Assembly: GCA_026989015.1 (NCBI GenBank)
Contig: JALSKD010000183.1
Span: 8,462-72,461, forward strand
Direction of reading: 5' to 3'
Source of the DNA: Gammaproteobacteria bacterium
GTDB taxonomy: Bacteria > Pseudomonadota > Gammaproteobacteria > GCA-001735895
Length of the DNA: 64,000 nt
The position numbers and the translations under genes are program-made. The notes beneath the pieces were generated by a model. That model was not told the origin of the DNA. It did not search any database and worked only from the letters and a program-made list of their open reading frames with translations. This document shows positions 20,410-30,981 of this stretch, one piece after another; the first letter of the stretch is position 1; each line of letters opens with the position of its first letter.

Positions 20410-21504
20410 ATGAGACTGCTGAGTATCTTTCTGCTGTTCCTGCTGCCACTGGCGGCGCAGGCCGAGCGCATCAAGGATCTGACCGAGATCCAGGGCGTGC
20501 GCAGCAACCAGCTGGTGGGCTATGGCCTGGTGGTCGGCCTGGACGGCACCGGTGACCAGACCGCCCAGACTCCGTTTACCGTGCAGAGCCTGAAAAGCAT
20601 GCTGGCCCAGTACGGCATCACCCTGCCAGCGAATGTGAACCCGCAGGTGAAGAATATCGCCGCGGTCAGCATTCATGCCGAGTTGCCACCGTTCGCCAAG
20701 ATCGGCCAGAAGATCGATGTCACCGTGTCCTCGCTGGGCAACGCCAAGAGCCTGCGCGGCGGCAGCCTGCTGATGACCCCGCTGAAGGGCGCCGACGGGC
20801 GCATCTATGCCATCGCCCAGGGCAACCTGGTGGTGGGTGGGCTCGGCGTGGAAGGGCAGGACGGCTCGCGGGTGACCATCAACATCCCCAGCGCCGGGCG
20901 CATCCCCAACGGTGCTACCGTGGAAAAGGAGGTGCAGAACCCCTTCGCGCTGGGGGACTACATCACCCTCAACCTGAAACGGCCGGATTTCACCACCGCC
21001 AAGCGCCTGAGCGACACCATCAACCGCGTGCTGGGCCCGGACAATGCCTTCGCCCAGGACAGCGTCACGGTGAAGATCCGCGCGCCGCAGGATGTATCCC
21101 AGCGAGTCGGTTTCATGTCCTTCGTCGAGAACCTGGAATTCCAGCCCGGCGAGGCGCCGGCGCGGGTGATCGTCAATTCGCGCACCGGCACCGTGGTCAT
21201 CGGCAACCGCGTGCGGGTCTATCCGGCGGCCGTATCCCACGGCAACATGACGGTGACCATTACCAACACCAATCAGGTCAGTCAGCCGGAACCCCTGTCC
21301 GGCGGCGAGACCGTGCAGACGGTGCAAAGCCAGGTGGAAGTGACCCAGGACAACAACCGCATGTTCCTGTTCAACGCCGGCGTGACCCTCGACGAGATCG
21401 TCCGCGCGGTCAACCAGGTCGGTGCCTCGCCGGGAGATCTGGTGGCGATTCTCGAATCGCTCAAGCAGGTTGGCGCGCTTTCTGCAGAGCTGATCATCAT
21501 CTGA
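20410..21504 (+). CDS. flgI: flagellar P-ring protein FlgI
   Basis: ATG 20410 inside track ORF 20188..21504. Signal peptide then [31 protein letters not shown]. Confidence 0.95.
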   Translation: MRLLSIFLLFLLPLAAQAERIKDLTEIQGVRSNQLVGYGLVVGLDGTGDQTAQTPFTVQSLKSMLAQYGITLPANVNPQVKNIAAVSIHAELPPFAKIGQKIDVTVSSLGNAKSLRGGSLLMTPLKGADGRIYAIAQGNLVVGGLGVEGQDGSRVTINIPSAGRIPNGATVEKEVQNPFALGDYITLNLKRPDFTTAKRLSDTINRVLGPDNAFAQDSVTVKIRAPQDVSQRVGFMSFVENLEFQPGEAPARVIVNSRTGTVVIGNRVRVYPAAVSHGNMTVTITNTNQVSQPEPLSGGETVQTVQSQVEVTQDNNRMFLFNAGVTLDEIVRAVNQVGASPGDLVAILESLKQVGALSAELIII

Positions 21505-21519
21505 TCAGGAACACAGGCC

Positions 21520-22554
21520 ATGCTCAATACCGACACCGCCAGGCTCTACCTCGACATGGGCCAGTTCACCGCCCTCAAGCGCGGCGCGCGTGCGGGTGAG
21601 GGCGATGCCGCCCGTCAGGCCGCGCAGCAGTTCGAAGCCTTGTTCATCCAGCAGATGCTCAAGGACATGCGCAGCGCGGCCCGCTTCGACGACAGCCAGC
21701 ACAGCAGCGACATGGAGTTCTATACCGAGATGTACGACAAGCAGCTGGCCCTGAACCTGTCACGCCAGGGCGGCATCGGTCTGGCGGCACTGCTGCAGCG
21801 GCAGCTCGGAGGCGACCCGTCGCAGACGGAGCATGCGCCCGTCGCGGGGCAAGGGCTTGCCGCCGATACGGGCAAGGGCTTGCCGCTGTACCGGCCTGCG
21901 CGCCCCGCCGCGATGGCGGCGCTGGCGCCGGAAGCCATGACCTATCGAGCCGAAAACCCGCGTGTGCGCACCCATGCGCTGGATGCGCCGGAAACACCTC
22001 GGTCCTCAGCCGGACTCGACAGCCAGACGCTCACGCCCTTCCAGGGCTGGAACAGCCGCGAACACTTCGTTCGCGACATCTGGCCCCATGCCGAACGCGC
22101 GGCGGCCCGGCTGGGCGTGTCCACCGAGTTGCTGGTGGCGCAGTCGGCCCTGGAGACGGGCTGGGGCCGCTATACGATGCGCCGCGAAGACGGCTCGGTG
22201 GTGTACAACCTGTTCGGCATCAAGGCCGGCAGTGACTGGAGCGGCGCCAGCATCAACCGAGGCACGCTGGAGTACCGTTCCGGGGCGATGCAGCGCGAAC
22301 AGGCCCGATTCCGCGCCTACGACAGCCTGGATGAAGCCTTCGATGACTATGTCGGCTTTCTGCAGACCCGCGCCCATTACCGTGGGGCACTGCAGCACGG
22401 CGGCAGCGACGAGCGCTACATCCGCGGCCTGCAACAGGCCGGCTATGCCACCGATCCCCGTTATGCCGACAAGGTGCTCGGCATCCTCCGCGGCCAGACC
22501 CTGCGCCAGACGCTGGCCCGCATCGACAGCCTGAAGGAGAACACCCATGTCTGA
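21520..22554 (+). CDS. flgJ: flagellar rod assembly protein / peptidoglycan hydrolase FlgJ
   Basis: N-terminal rod-binding AAQQFEALFIQQMLKDMR and C-terminal glucosaminidase VAQSALETGWGR...NLFGIK. Confidence 0.9.
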   Translation: MLNTDTARLYLDMGQFTALKRGARAGEGDAARQAAQQFEALFIQQMLKDMRSAARFDDSQHSSDMEFYTEMYDKQLALNLSRQGGIGLAALLQRQLGGDPSQTEHAPVAGQGLAADTGKGLPLYRPARPAAMAALAPEAMTYRAENPRVRTHALDAPETPRSSAGLDSQTLTPFQGWNSREHFVRDIWPHAERAAARLGVSTELLVAQSALETGWGRYTMRREDGSVVYNLFGIKAGSDWSGASINRGTLEYRSGAMQREQARFRAYDSLDEAFDDYVGFLQTRAHYRGALQHGGSDERYIRGLQQAGYATDPRYADKVLGILRGQTLRQTLARIDSLKENTHV

Positions 22555-24481
22555 CATGCTCAATACCGCCATCAGCGGGCTGATGACCTACCAGCGCGCG
22601 CTGGGCACGGTCAGCCACAACATCAGCAATGTCAACACGCCCGGCTACAGCCGGCAGACCGTCGACCTCAACACCCGCAATCCGCAGTACATCGGTGGCA
22701 ACTATTTGGGCAGCGGCGTCAACATCGAGGCGGTGTCGCGCTACTACGATCAGTTCATGACCGACAGCGTGCGTGATTCCAATTCCTCCTACTACCGGCT
22801 GGAACGCTTCTCGGCCCTGGCCAGCAGCATCGACGACATCCTCGCCGATCCGGTGGGCGGCATTTCACCGATTCTGCAGGATTTCTTTACCGCGGTGCAG
22901 GGCGTCTCCGACGACCCGGCATCGACCACTGCGCGCTTGCACATGATCAACACCGCCAATGCGCTGGCCAACCGCATGCAGACCTTCGATACCCGGCTGC
23001 AGCAGCTGGAAACCAACTCGGCCACCGACATCCGCACCACCGTCGAGGAGATCAACGATCTGGTCGAAGGCATCCGCCAGATCAATGTGACCATGGAGGA
23101 AATGGCGCGCGCCAACGGGGCGACCACTCAGGCGGCGGACCTGCTGGATCAGCGCGATGCACTGATCGATGAACTGTCGAAGAAGGTCAGCATCAGCGTG
23201 GTCAACGGTCAGAGCTCGAACGAGATCAGCATCATGATCGGCAACGGGCAGACCGTGCTCAACGGCCTCAACGCCTTCCGCCTGGTGGCGCAGCCCGATG
23301 CCGCCGACCCGCGCCGCGATGTAATCGTCTATGAGGGCGTCATCAATCAGCAGGACATCAGCGAACACCTGACCGGGGGCGAGCTGGGCGGCCTGCTGGA
23401 TTTCCGCTCCCAGGTACTGAATGTGGCACGCAACTCGCTGGGCCGCGTGGCCATCGGCCTGGCCGAGAGCTTCAATGCCCAGCACCGCCAGGGCATGGAC
23501 CTCAACGGCAATCTGGGCGGGGATTTCTTCGCCTACGCCGGGCCGGTGACAACACCCTATTCGACCAACAACGGCAGCGCCACCATCACCACTGCCATCA
23601 CCGATGTGACCCAGCTGACCCGTGAGGACTACACCCTCTACTATGACGGTGCCAACTGGCAACTGACATCGGGCAACGGCAGCAGCATCACCGTGGCCGA
23701 TGCCTCGCCGGCCAACACGGTGATCGCTTTCCAGGGGCTGGAAGTGCAGATCGACGGCGCCAGCGCGCCGGTGGCCGGCGACCGCTTCACCGTGCGCCCG
23801 ACGCTGGACGGCGCCCGTGAATTCCGCGTGCTGATCGACGACCCGAACCTCATCGCCGCCGCCGCCCCGATCCGCGCCCAATCCTCGCTGCAGAATCTCG
23901 GCGATGTGTCGATAACCCCGGGAGAGGTGGTGGACGCCACCGACCCGAACCTGCTGAACACGGTCAATCTGGTGTTCGACGATCCGGCCACCAGCTTCAC
24001 CGCCGATGCGGCCGTCACCGTGGGTGGCACCACCTATGCGGCCGGCACGGCGATACCCTGGAGCAATGACCTGACGGTGGAAGCCAACGGCTGGCGGGTG
24101 ACCCTGTCGGGGATTCCGCAGCCGGGCGACCGGTTCACGGTGGAACACAATCTGGGCGGTGACGGTGACAACCGCAATGCCCTGAAGCTGGCCGGGCTGC
24201 AGACCTCGGGCCTGTTCGACGGCGGGCGCGCCAGCTACCAGGAGGCCTATGCCGCCTTCGTCGGCGAGATCGGCACGCTGACCGCCACAGCCAATGTCGA
24301 GCGCGATGCCCAGCAGGCGCTGCTGACCCAGGCCGAGGACCGGCGCAGCAGCTTCGTCGGCGTCAATCTCGACGAGGAAGCGGCGGACATGATCCGCTAC
24401 CAGCAGGCCTACGAGGCCACCGCACGGGTGATCACCACGGCACAAACCCTGTTCGACACCCTGATCAGTTCATTGAGGTAA
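22547..24481 (+). CDS. flgK: flagellar hook-associated protein 1 FlgK
   Basis: MSDMLNTAISGLMTYQRALGTVSHNISNVNTPGYSRQ and the conserved C-terminal NLDEEAADMIRYQQAY. Confidence 0.93.
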   Translation: MSDMLNTAISGLMTYQRALGTVSHNISNVNTPGYSRQTVDLNTRNPQYIGGNYLGSGVNIEAVSRYYDQFMTDSVRDSNSSYYRLERFSALASSIDDILADPVGGISPILQDFFTAVQGVSDDPASTTARLHMINTANALANRMQTFDTRLQQLETNSATDIRTTVEEINDLVEGIRQINVTMEEMARANGATTQAADLLDQRDALIDELSKKVSISVVNGQSSNEISIMIGNGQTVLNGLNAFRLVAQPDAADPRRDVIVYEGVINQQDISEHLTGGELGGLLDFRSQVLNVARNSLGRVAIGLAESFNAQHRQGMDLNGNLGGDFFAYAGPVTTPYSTNNGSATITTAITDVTQLTREDYTLYYDGANWQLTSGNGSSITVADASPANTVIAFQGLEVQIDGASAPVAGDRFTVRPTLDGAREFRVLIDDPNLIAAAAPIRAQSSLQNLGDVSITPGEVVDATDPNLLNTVNLVFDDPATSFTADAAVTVGGTTYAAGTAIPWSNDLTVEANGWRVTLSGIPQPGDRFTVEHNLGGDGDNRNALKLAGLQTSGLFDGGRASYQEAYAAFVGEIGTLTATANVERDAQQALLTQAEDRRSSFVGVNLDEEAADMIRYQQAYEATARVITTAQTLFDTLISSLR

Positions 24482-24484
24482 GCC

Positions 24485-25684
24485 ATGCGCATCTCGACCA
24501 CGCAATTCTATCTGCAGGGCCTGCAGGCCTTCGGCAACCAGCAGGTCAAGCTGGCCAAGCTGCAGGAACAGATCTCCACCGGTGTACGCATCGCCAATCC
24601 GTCCGACGACCCGGCCGGCGCCGCACGGGTGCTGGAGCTGGAGCAGGAAATCAAGCTGCACGAGCAGTACCAGACCAACATCACCCTCGCCAACCAGCGC
24701 CTGAGCCTGCAGGATTCCACCTTGCAGGGTGCCGAGAACCTGCTGCAGCGGGTGCGCGAACTGGCCATCCACGCCAACAACGCGAGCCTCGATCAGGTGT
24801 CGCGCGACGCCATCGCCGATGAACTGGACCAGCGCCGGCAGGAACTGCTGTCGCTGGCCAATACCGTGGATTCCAATGGCGACTTCCTGTTTGCCGGCTT
24901 TCAGAACCAGCAGCGGCCCTTTGTCTTCGACAAGACCGGATCGGTGGATCATGTGCGCTTCAACGGAGACGAGGGAGAACGCTGGATCCAGATCAGCGGC
25001 TCCCGGCAGGTCAATACCGATACCAGTGGGCGCGGTCTGTTCATGGAGGTACGCAGCAGCGCGGCCCTCAACGAACGCGCCAATGCGGCCAATACCGGCA
25101 GCGGGGTGATCGCACCGGCGCGGGTGTTCGACAACTCGGTGTATGTGCCCGGCGACTACGAGATCGTCTTCACCGGCCCCAACACCTACGATGTGGTCGA
25201 TGTCGCCACCGCCACCAACATCGTCACCGGCGCAGCCTACAGCGACAGCCAGCCGATCGAGTTCCAGGGCATTCGCACCTCCATCACTGGCGCGCCCGCA
25301 GCCGGTGACCGATTCCGCGTTAGCCAGGGGCAGTACCAGGACATGTTCGAGATCATTTCCAATCTGTCCGACACGCTGCGCAGTTCCTCCACCGATGCCC
25401 AGCGCTCGGCCAACTACGCCCAGGCCCTGCTGGATCTGGATTCGGCCTACGAGAACCTGCTGGCCGGGCGCACCGGCATTGGCGGACGGATGAATGCGCT
25501 GGACGCTCAGAAGGACGACAACGAAGCCTTCATCGTCACCACCACCCAGACCGTTGGCGAGATCCGCGATACCGATCTGGCCGAGGCCATCAGCCAGCTC
25601 ACCCTCGAGCAAACCACGCTGGACGCGGCCCAGGCCGTGTTTGCGCGCATCACCAGTTCCAGTCTGTTCAATTTCCTGCGCTGA
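24485..25684 (+). CDS. flgL: flagellar hook-associated protein 3 FlgL
   Basis: MRISTTQFY...STGVRIANPSDDPAGAAR and a flagellin-like C-terminus. Confidence 0.9.
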   Translation: MRISTTQFYLQGLQAFGNQQVKLAKLQEQISTGVRIANPSDDPAGAARVLELEQEIKLHEQYQTNITLANQRLSLQDSTLQGAENLLQRVRELAIHANNASLDQVSRDAIADELDQRRQELLSLANTVDSNGDFLFAGFQNQQRPFVFDKTGSVDHVRFNGDEGERWIQISGSRQVNTDTSGRGLFMEVRSSAALNERANAANTGSGVIAPARVFDNSVYVPGDYEIVFTGPNTYDVVDVATATNIVTGAAYSDSQPIEFQGIRTSITGAPAAGDRFRVSQGQYQDMFEIISNLSDTLRSSSTDAQRSANYAQALLDLDSAYENLLAGRTGIGGRMNALDAQKDDNEAFIVTTTQTVGEIRDTDLAEAISQLTLEQTTLDAAQAVFARITSSSLFNFLR

Positions 25685-25744
25685 ACCGCCGATCCGGCAT
25701 CGCGGCACTTTCGTGCCCGATCGGCTACCGCTCGTCGGGTCGGC

Positions 25745-25771
25745 TCAAGCCACCGGCAGCTCCGCCGATAA
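25745..25771 (+). promoter_or_regulatory. weaker upstream sigma-28-like promoter copy
   Basis: TCAAGCCA-N11-GCCGATAA. The -10 is an exact consensus and the -35 matches 4/8. It shares GGCTCAAG...GCCG(A/T)TAACCC with the downstream promoter. Confidence 0.35.
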
Positions 25772-25809
25772 CCCTGTTGCGGGAAGGGTTGGCCCCGGCG
25801 AAAAAAGGC

Positions 25810-25836
25810 TCAAGTTTTTCATCGCCAGGCCGTTAA
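25810..25836 (+). promoter_or_regulatory. sigma-28 (FliA) promoter of fliC
   Basis: TCAAGTTT-N11-GCCGTTAA against consensus TAAAGTTT-N11-GCCGATAA, about 95 nt upstream of the fliC ATG. Confidence 0.7.
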
Positions 25837-25930
25837 CCCTCCTGAATGGGGAAGCCGGAAGTCGGATTTCCCGCGATTTAATCGGTATTCCGGCGCTGTA
25901 ACAGGCGCATTAGCTCAGGAGAAACCAACC

Positions 25931-27445
25931 ATGCCACAGTTCATCAACACCAATGCCTACTCGCTGAATGCGCAGAGGAACCTGAATACTTCCCAGAGTT
26001 CCCTGGCGACATCACTGCAGCGTCTGTCCTCCGGTCTTCGCATCAACTCCGCCCGCGACGACGCGGCCGGTCTGGCGATTTCCGACCGACTGACTTCCCA
26101 GATCCGCGGCCTCAACCAGGCCGTGCGCAACGCCAACGACGGCATTTCGCTGGCCCAGGTCGCGGAAGGCGCGTTGCAGGAATCCACCAACATCCTGCAA
26201 CGGATGCGCGAGCTGTCCATCCAGTCCGCCAACGGTTCCAACTCCGACTCGGACCGCCAGGCCCTGCAGGCCGAGGTTTCCCAGCTGCAGGCGGAGCTGA
26301 CCCGTATCGCCGACACCACCGCCTTCGGTGGACGCAAGCTGTTCGACGGCACCTTCGGCCAGGCCCAGTTCCAGGTCGGCGCCGAAGCCAATCAGACCAT
26401 CGCCTTCGCATTGAAGGACACCGACGCCACGCAGATCGGTGTTTATCGTGCGGATCTGGATTCCGCTACAGCAAACAGCGGTCTGGGCCGGGCCATTGCC
26501 GCAGCAGCGAACACTGCTGGTGCCAACTCCGTCGCTGCCGGTACTCTGGACATCACTGGAGAGGGCTCGGCCACGGTCAATGTCGCGGCCGCTTCTTCCG
26601 CTCGTGAAGTGGCTTCGCTGGTCAATGCGGAATCCTCCACCACCGGTGTGACGGCCGATGCGCGCACCGTCGCCCAGCTGGGCAATGTGACCACCGCCGG
26701 CAACCTCAGTTTCACGCTGACCGCGGATTCGGGCTCTACCACCAACTCGGTGACCATCAGCGCCACCGTTACTTCCACCAGTGACCTGACCGCGCTGGCC
26801 AATGCCATCAATGCCGAGTCCGGCAGCACCGGCATCCAGGCCACCATCGACAATTCCGGCGCCTCCATCTCGCTGATCAGCGAGGCGGGTGATGACATCC
26901 TGATTGAAGGTTTCGTCAACAGCGGTGGCGGAAACATGACGGTAACCAGTCGCAACTATGACAATACCACTTCGGGTGATGCCATTTTGCTGACTGGCGA
27001 CGGTGCAGCGGCTTCCACCGACTCCACCCGGGTGATTGGCGAGGTACAGCTCTCCAGCACCAATGCCTTCTCGGTGACCGCCAGTGATGCATCACTGAAC
27101 GATGTCACCACGGCCGAAACCGGTTCCCTGGCCAGCGCCGCCGACGTGGACATCTCCACCGTCGCCGGCTCCCAGTCCGCCATCGGCATCATCGACGGCG
27201 CGCTGAACCAGATCGACTCGCTGCGTGCCGATCTGGGTGCGGTGCAGAACCGTCTGGCCTCGACCATCTCCAACCTGCAGAACGTGGCCGAGAATGTATC
27301 CTCCGCCCGTTCGCAGATCCGCGACGCGGACTTCGCCAAGGAGACGGCCGAGCTGACCCGCAACCAGATTCTGCAGCAGGCCGGCATCGCGATGCTGTCG
27401 CAGGCCAACGCCCAGCCGCAGAATGTGCTCTCCCTGCTGCAGTAA
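25931..27445 (+). CDS. fliC: flagellin (504 aa)
   Basis: Conserved N-terminal [19 protein letters not shown] and C-terminal [37 protein letters not shown]. The central domain is Thr/Ser/Ala-rich. Confidence 0.96.
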   Translation: MPQFINTNAYSLNAQRNLNTSQSSLATSLQRLSSGLRINSARDDAAGLAISDRLTSQIRGLNQAVRNANDGISLAQVAEGALQESTNILQRMRELSIQSANGSNSDSDRQALQAEVSQLQAELTRIADTTAFGGRKLFDGTFGQAQFQVGAEANQTIAFALKDTDATQIGVYRADLDSATANSGLGRAIAAAANTAGANSVAAGTLDITGEGSATVNVAAASSAREVASLVNAESSTTGVTADARTVAQLGNVTTAGNLSFTLTADSGSTTNSVTISATVTSTSDLTALANAINAESGSTGIQATIDNSGASISLISEAGDDILIEGFVNSGGGNMTVTSRNYDNTTSGDAILLTGDGAAASTDSTRVIGEVQLSSTNAFSVTASDASLNDVTTAETGSLASAADVDISTVAGSQSAIGIIDGALNQIDSLRADLGAVQNRLASTISNLQNVAENVSSARSQIRDADFAKETAELTRNQILQQAGIAMLSQANAQPQNVLSLLQ

Positions 27446-27489
27446 GCCGCATGGAGTGAGCGACAGGGTTCCACTTGACGACCCGACCG

Positions 27490-27513
27490 CCCGGGGTGAC
27501 CTTTCACCCCGGG
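27490..27513 (+). terminator. 10-bp hairpin after fliC (partial terminator or attenuator, no U-tract)
   Basis: CCCGGGGTGA-CCTT-TCACCCCGGG, 45 nt downstream of the fliC stop. Confidence 0.45.
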
Positions 27514-27538
27514 CTTCCGGGGCTCCGAGGTAGCAATC

Positions 27539-27931
27539 ATGGTTAACGAACTTTCCAGCAATCTGTCGGCCTCCGCAGTGTCGGGAACGGCCAGCGAAGC
27601 CAGCCGGCAGACCCAGACCCGTCAGTCGGACACGCGGCCGGCGGTTTCCCAGGTCACCGTGGTGGAAGACACCACCGGACCCACCGAATCGGTACAGGCC
27701 ACGCCCAGCACCCAGGCATTGAACGAGACGGTCTCCCGCCTCAATGAAGCCGCCCAGGTGGTCAAGCGCGACCTGCAGTTCCGCGTCGACGACGACAGCG
27801 GGCGGACAGTAATTACCGTTCTCGACAGCGAGACGGAAGAAGTCATCCGCCAGATTCCGCCGGAACAGGTGCTGACTCTGGCGAAGAACATCGAATCCCT
27901 CAAGGGCATGCTGTTCAGCGCCGAGGCCTGA
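27539..27931 (+). CDS. flaG: flagellar protein FlaG
   Basis: C-terminal RDLQFRVDDDSGRTVITVLDSETEEVIRQIPPEQVL is typical of the FlaG family. Position is fliC-flaG-fliD. Confidence 0.85.
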   Translation: MVNELSSNLSASAVSGTASEASRQTQTRQSDTRPAVSQVTVVEDTTGPTESVQATPSTQALNETVSRLNEAAQVVKRDLQFRVDDDSGRTVITVLDSETEEVIRQIPPEQVLTLAKNIESLKGMLFSAEA

Positions 27932-27936
27932 GTTTC

Positions 27937-27952
27937 TGGCCCGCAAATTGCT
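27937..27952 (+). promoter_or_regulatory. sigma-54 promoter upstream of fliD
   Basis: TGGCCC-GCAAA-TTGCT, beginning 6 nt after the flaG stop and about 100 nt before the fliD ATG. Confidence 0.65.
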
Positions 27953-28055
27953 TTGAATGGCATCTGAGTCCGTTTTTCGACTCCTTGAGGCAGCGGCCCG
28001 CCCGGACGGGGCGGCCGTTATTACCGGCTTTTGACAACAGGATGGCACACGCGAC

Positions 28056-30083
28056 ATGGCAAGCATCTCGTCTCTGGGCATAGGCTCCGGCCTCGATCTG
28101 GCCAACCTGGTCACCGGGCTGCTGGCGGCCGAGCGCCGTCCGCTCGAAAACAGTCTCAACCGGCGTGAATCCACGCTGTCCACCCAACTCTCCGGCATCG
28201 GTCTGATGCGCAGTGCCATCGCGGATTTCCGCGCCAGCCTGTCCGGTCTGTCGAACGCCGACAGCTTCCAGACCCGGGCCATCAAGAATTCCAATGACAC
28301 GGCGATCACTGCCTCGGTCAGCAATGAGGCCGCCATCGGCAGCTACAGCATCGATGTCACCAATCTGGCCGAACGGCACAGCCTGGCCAGTACCGCCTAC
28401 AGCGATGTCAACCAGGTGATCGGCGAAGGCACGCTGACCGTCCGCTTCGGCACCATCACCGGTCCCGGCTTCGGCGGTTTTACCGTCAATCCGGACAAGG
28501 CCAGCCAGACCCTGACCATCGACAGCAGCAACAACACGCTGGCAGGGCTGCGCGACTACATCAATGAAAACGATTTCGGCTTCAGTGCCTCGATCATCAA
28601 CGACGGCACCGGCTACCGGCTGACCCTGACCTCGAGCAGCAGCGGCGCTGCCTCGGCGCTGGAAATCAGCGTTGCCGACAGCGACGGGAATGATACCGAC
28701 GCCCTGGGGTTGTCGAATCTGGCCTACAACGCCGGCGCCGCCAACCTGCTCGAAACCCAGGCCGCCGAGGATGCCCAGCTGACCGTCAACGGCCTGGCCG
28801 TGACCTCGCCGAGCAATGTGCTCAGCGACATGATCGACGGGCTGTCGCTGACCCTCAACGAAGAGACGGCGGGCACCCCGGTCAAGATTACCGTCAGCGA
28901 AACCAGCGAGGCGCTGAAGACTTCCATCGAAAGCCTGGTCGAAGATTTCAACACCATGATCGGCCAGCTCAAGGACCTGGGCAAGGCCAGCGAGAATCGG
29001 GAACAGGCGGGCATCCTCGCCGGTGATACCACGCTGCGCAATTTCGTCAACAGCGTGCGGCGCCAGATCACCTCGCCGGTCCCCGGCGTGTCCGGTGACC
29101 TCTCGGCGCTGGTGGACATTGGCATCACCACCCAGGCCGACGGCACGCTGAGCATCGACAGCGCAAAACTCAATCGCGCGCTCAGCGAGCACCCGACCCA
29201 GGTCAAGGCGCTGTTTGCGCCGGTGGGCGAAACCAGTGATTCACAGATCCGCTTCAAGGATAGCAGCGATGCCACCCGGCCCGGCACCTACACGGTGCAG
29301 ATCGATGCGCTGGCCAGTCACGGGCTGTACCAGGGCTCTGGGGGGCTGACCTTCCCGCTGACCATCGATGCCGCAAATGACGACCTGGCGGTCTCCATCG
29401 ATGGCACATCAAGCGGACCCTTGACCCTGACCCAGGGCAGCTATGCCGATGGCGATGCGCTGGCAGTGCAACTGCAATCCACGATCAACTCCAGCAGCCT
29501 GTTGTCCTCGGCCGGCATCAGCGTGACGGTCGCTTTCGACAGCGCCAGCGGCAGTCTCACCATCACCTCCGGCAGCTATGGTGCCGACTCCAGTGTCAGC
29601 ATCGACAGCATCGATACCAATACTGCAGCCACCCTGGGGCTTAATACGGGTGCCGGTACCGCGGGCAGCGATGTCGCCGGTCGCATCGGCGGACAGCTGG
29701 CGGAAGGCGATGGACAGACCCTCAAGGCCGTCACCGGCGACGCCGAAGGCCTGTCGCTGGACGTGCTCGGCGGACCCCTGGGCGCACGCGGCACCGTCAG
29801 TTTCAGCCGCGGGTTCATCCAGGGGCTGAACGATTTTCTCGGTGGCTACCTCGACAGCGAGGGTGTGCTCACCACCCGGGAGGAAGGACTCAACAAGTCA
29901 CTGGAGAAGATCCAGGACGAACGCGACCAGCTGGACCGGCGCATGGCGGCCACCGAAGCACGGTTGGTCGCACAGTTTTCCAAACTGGATACATTGCTTG
30001 CGCAGTTTCAGAGCACCAGCACCTATCTGGCCCAGCAACTGAACAACCTGCCCGGTTCCGGTCAGTTGCTGAACAAGAAATAA
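28056..30083 (+). CDS. fliD: flagellar filament cap protein FliD (675 aa)
   Basis: MASISSLGIGSGLDLANLVTGLLAAERRPL and a C-terminal coiled coil RLVAQFSKLDTLLAQFQSTSTYLAQQL. Confidence 0.93.
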   Translation: MASISSLGIGSGLDLANLVTGLLAAERRPLENSLNRRESTLSTQLSGIGLMRSAIADFRASLSGLSNADSFQTRAIKNSNDTAITASVSNEAAIGSYSIDVTNLAERHSLASTAYSDVNQVIGEGTLTVRFGTITGPGFGGFTVNPDKASQTLTIDSSNNTLAGLRDYINENDFGFSASIINDGTGYRLTLTSSSSGAASALEISVADSDGNDTDALGLSNLAYNAGAANLLETQAAEDAQLTVNGLAVTSPSNVLSDMIDGLSLTLNEETAGTPVKITVSETSEALKTSIESLVEDFNTMIGQLKDLGKASENREQAGILAGDTTLRNFVNSVRRQITSPVPGVSGDLSALVDIGITTQADGTLSIDSAKLNRALSEHPTQVKALFAPVGETSDSQIRFKDSSDATRPGTYTVQIDALASHGLYQGSGGLTFPLTIDAANDDLAVSIDGTSSGPLTLTQGSYADGDALAVQLQSTINSSSLLSSAGISVTVAFDSASGSLTITSGSYGADSSVSIDSIDTNTAATLGLNTGAGTAGSDVAGRIGGQLAEGDGQTLKAVTGDAEGLSLDVLGGPLGARGTVSFSRGFIQGLNDFLGGYLDSEGVLTTREEGLNKSLEKIQDERDQLDRRMAATEARLVAQFSKLDTLLAQFQSTSTYLAQQLNNLPGSGQLLNKK

Positions 30084-30101
30084 CCCAACCGAGGCACCCT
30101 C

Positions 30102-30542
30102 ATGAACATGAAGCAGGACCCCGCACGCGCCTACCAGAGCACCGATGCCTACAGCGGCGTGATGTACGCCGACCCCCATGCGCTGATCACCCAGATGTTC
30201 GATGGCGCGATGACCCGCATCGCCCAGGCCCGTGGCGCCATCGAACGCAAGGATGTGGCCGCCAAGGGAGAACTCATCTCCCACGCCATCAACATCATCG
30301 GCAGCCTCGAAGCCTGCCTCGACTACGAAAAGGGGGGTGACATCGCGCGCAACCTCGGCGGCCTCTATGAATACATGATCCTCACCCTGACTCGGGCCAA
30401 CATGGATGACGACCGCGACAGGCTCGACGAAGTCATCCGACTGCTGCTGGACATCAAAGCCGCCTGGACACAGATTGGTGAACAGAAGCAGGCCGCCTCC
30501 GCTGCGCAGCCTGCACAAAAACTGTCGCTGCAGGCGGGTTGA
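30102..30542 (+). CDS. fliS: flagellin-specific chaperone FliS
   Basis: AYQSTDAYSGVMYADPHALITQMFDGAMTRIAQARGAIERKD... Confidence 0.9.
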   Translation: MNMKQDPARAYQSTDAYSGVMYADPHALITQMFDGAMTRIAQARGAIERKDVAAKGELISHAINIIGSLEACLDYEKGGDIARNLGGLYEYMILTLTRANMDDDRDRLDEVIRLLLDIKAAWTQIGEQKQAASAAQPAQKLSLQAG

Positions 30543-30546
30543 ACTC

Positions 30547-30831
30547 ATGTCTGAACGCCTCGACGCCGCCATCCGCCTCAGCATGGAGATGCTGCAACAA
30601 TTGGAGCAGGGGGACTGGAGCCGGCTCGATGAACTGGACCGTCAGCGTCAGCCGCTGATCCACGCCTGCTTCGAGCGCGGCGAGGCGACCGCGGAGGGCG
30701 TGGCCGAGCTGAAGGCCATCAATGACCGCATCGTCGATTTGCTGGCGCAACAGCGGCAACAGACCCGAGACCGCCAGCTGCGCATGCACCAGGGCAACCA
30801 GGCCGTGCGCGCCTACCGGGACAATGAATAA
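30547..30831 (+). CDS. small helical protein in the FliT/FleP position (putative flagellar chaperone)
   Basis: ATG 30547 inside track ORF 30406..30831. 94 aa, helical, Q/R-rich. Called only from position after fliS and its composition. Confidence 0.5.
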   Translation: MSERLDAAIRLSMEMLQQLEQGDWSRLDELDRQRQPLIHACFERGEATAEGVAELKAINDRIVDLLAQQRQQTRDRQLRMHQGNQAVRAYRDNE

Positions 30832-30981
30832 TCAATTAAATACAAATAAATCAACAAGTTACAATTAAACTTAAAAAGTTCGCAAAAAATCGTCGAAAAA
30901 CCGTCATGCTGAACTACACTTAGGCCGAAATCGCCGCAAAGGCGGGTTGAACACGCGGTACACGCAACAACACGAGCCAGC

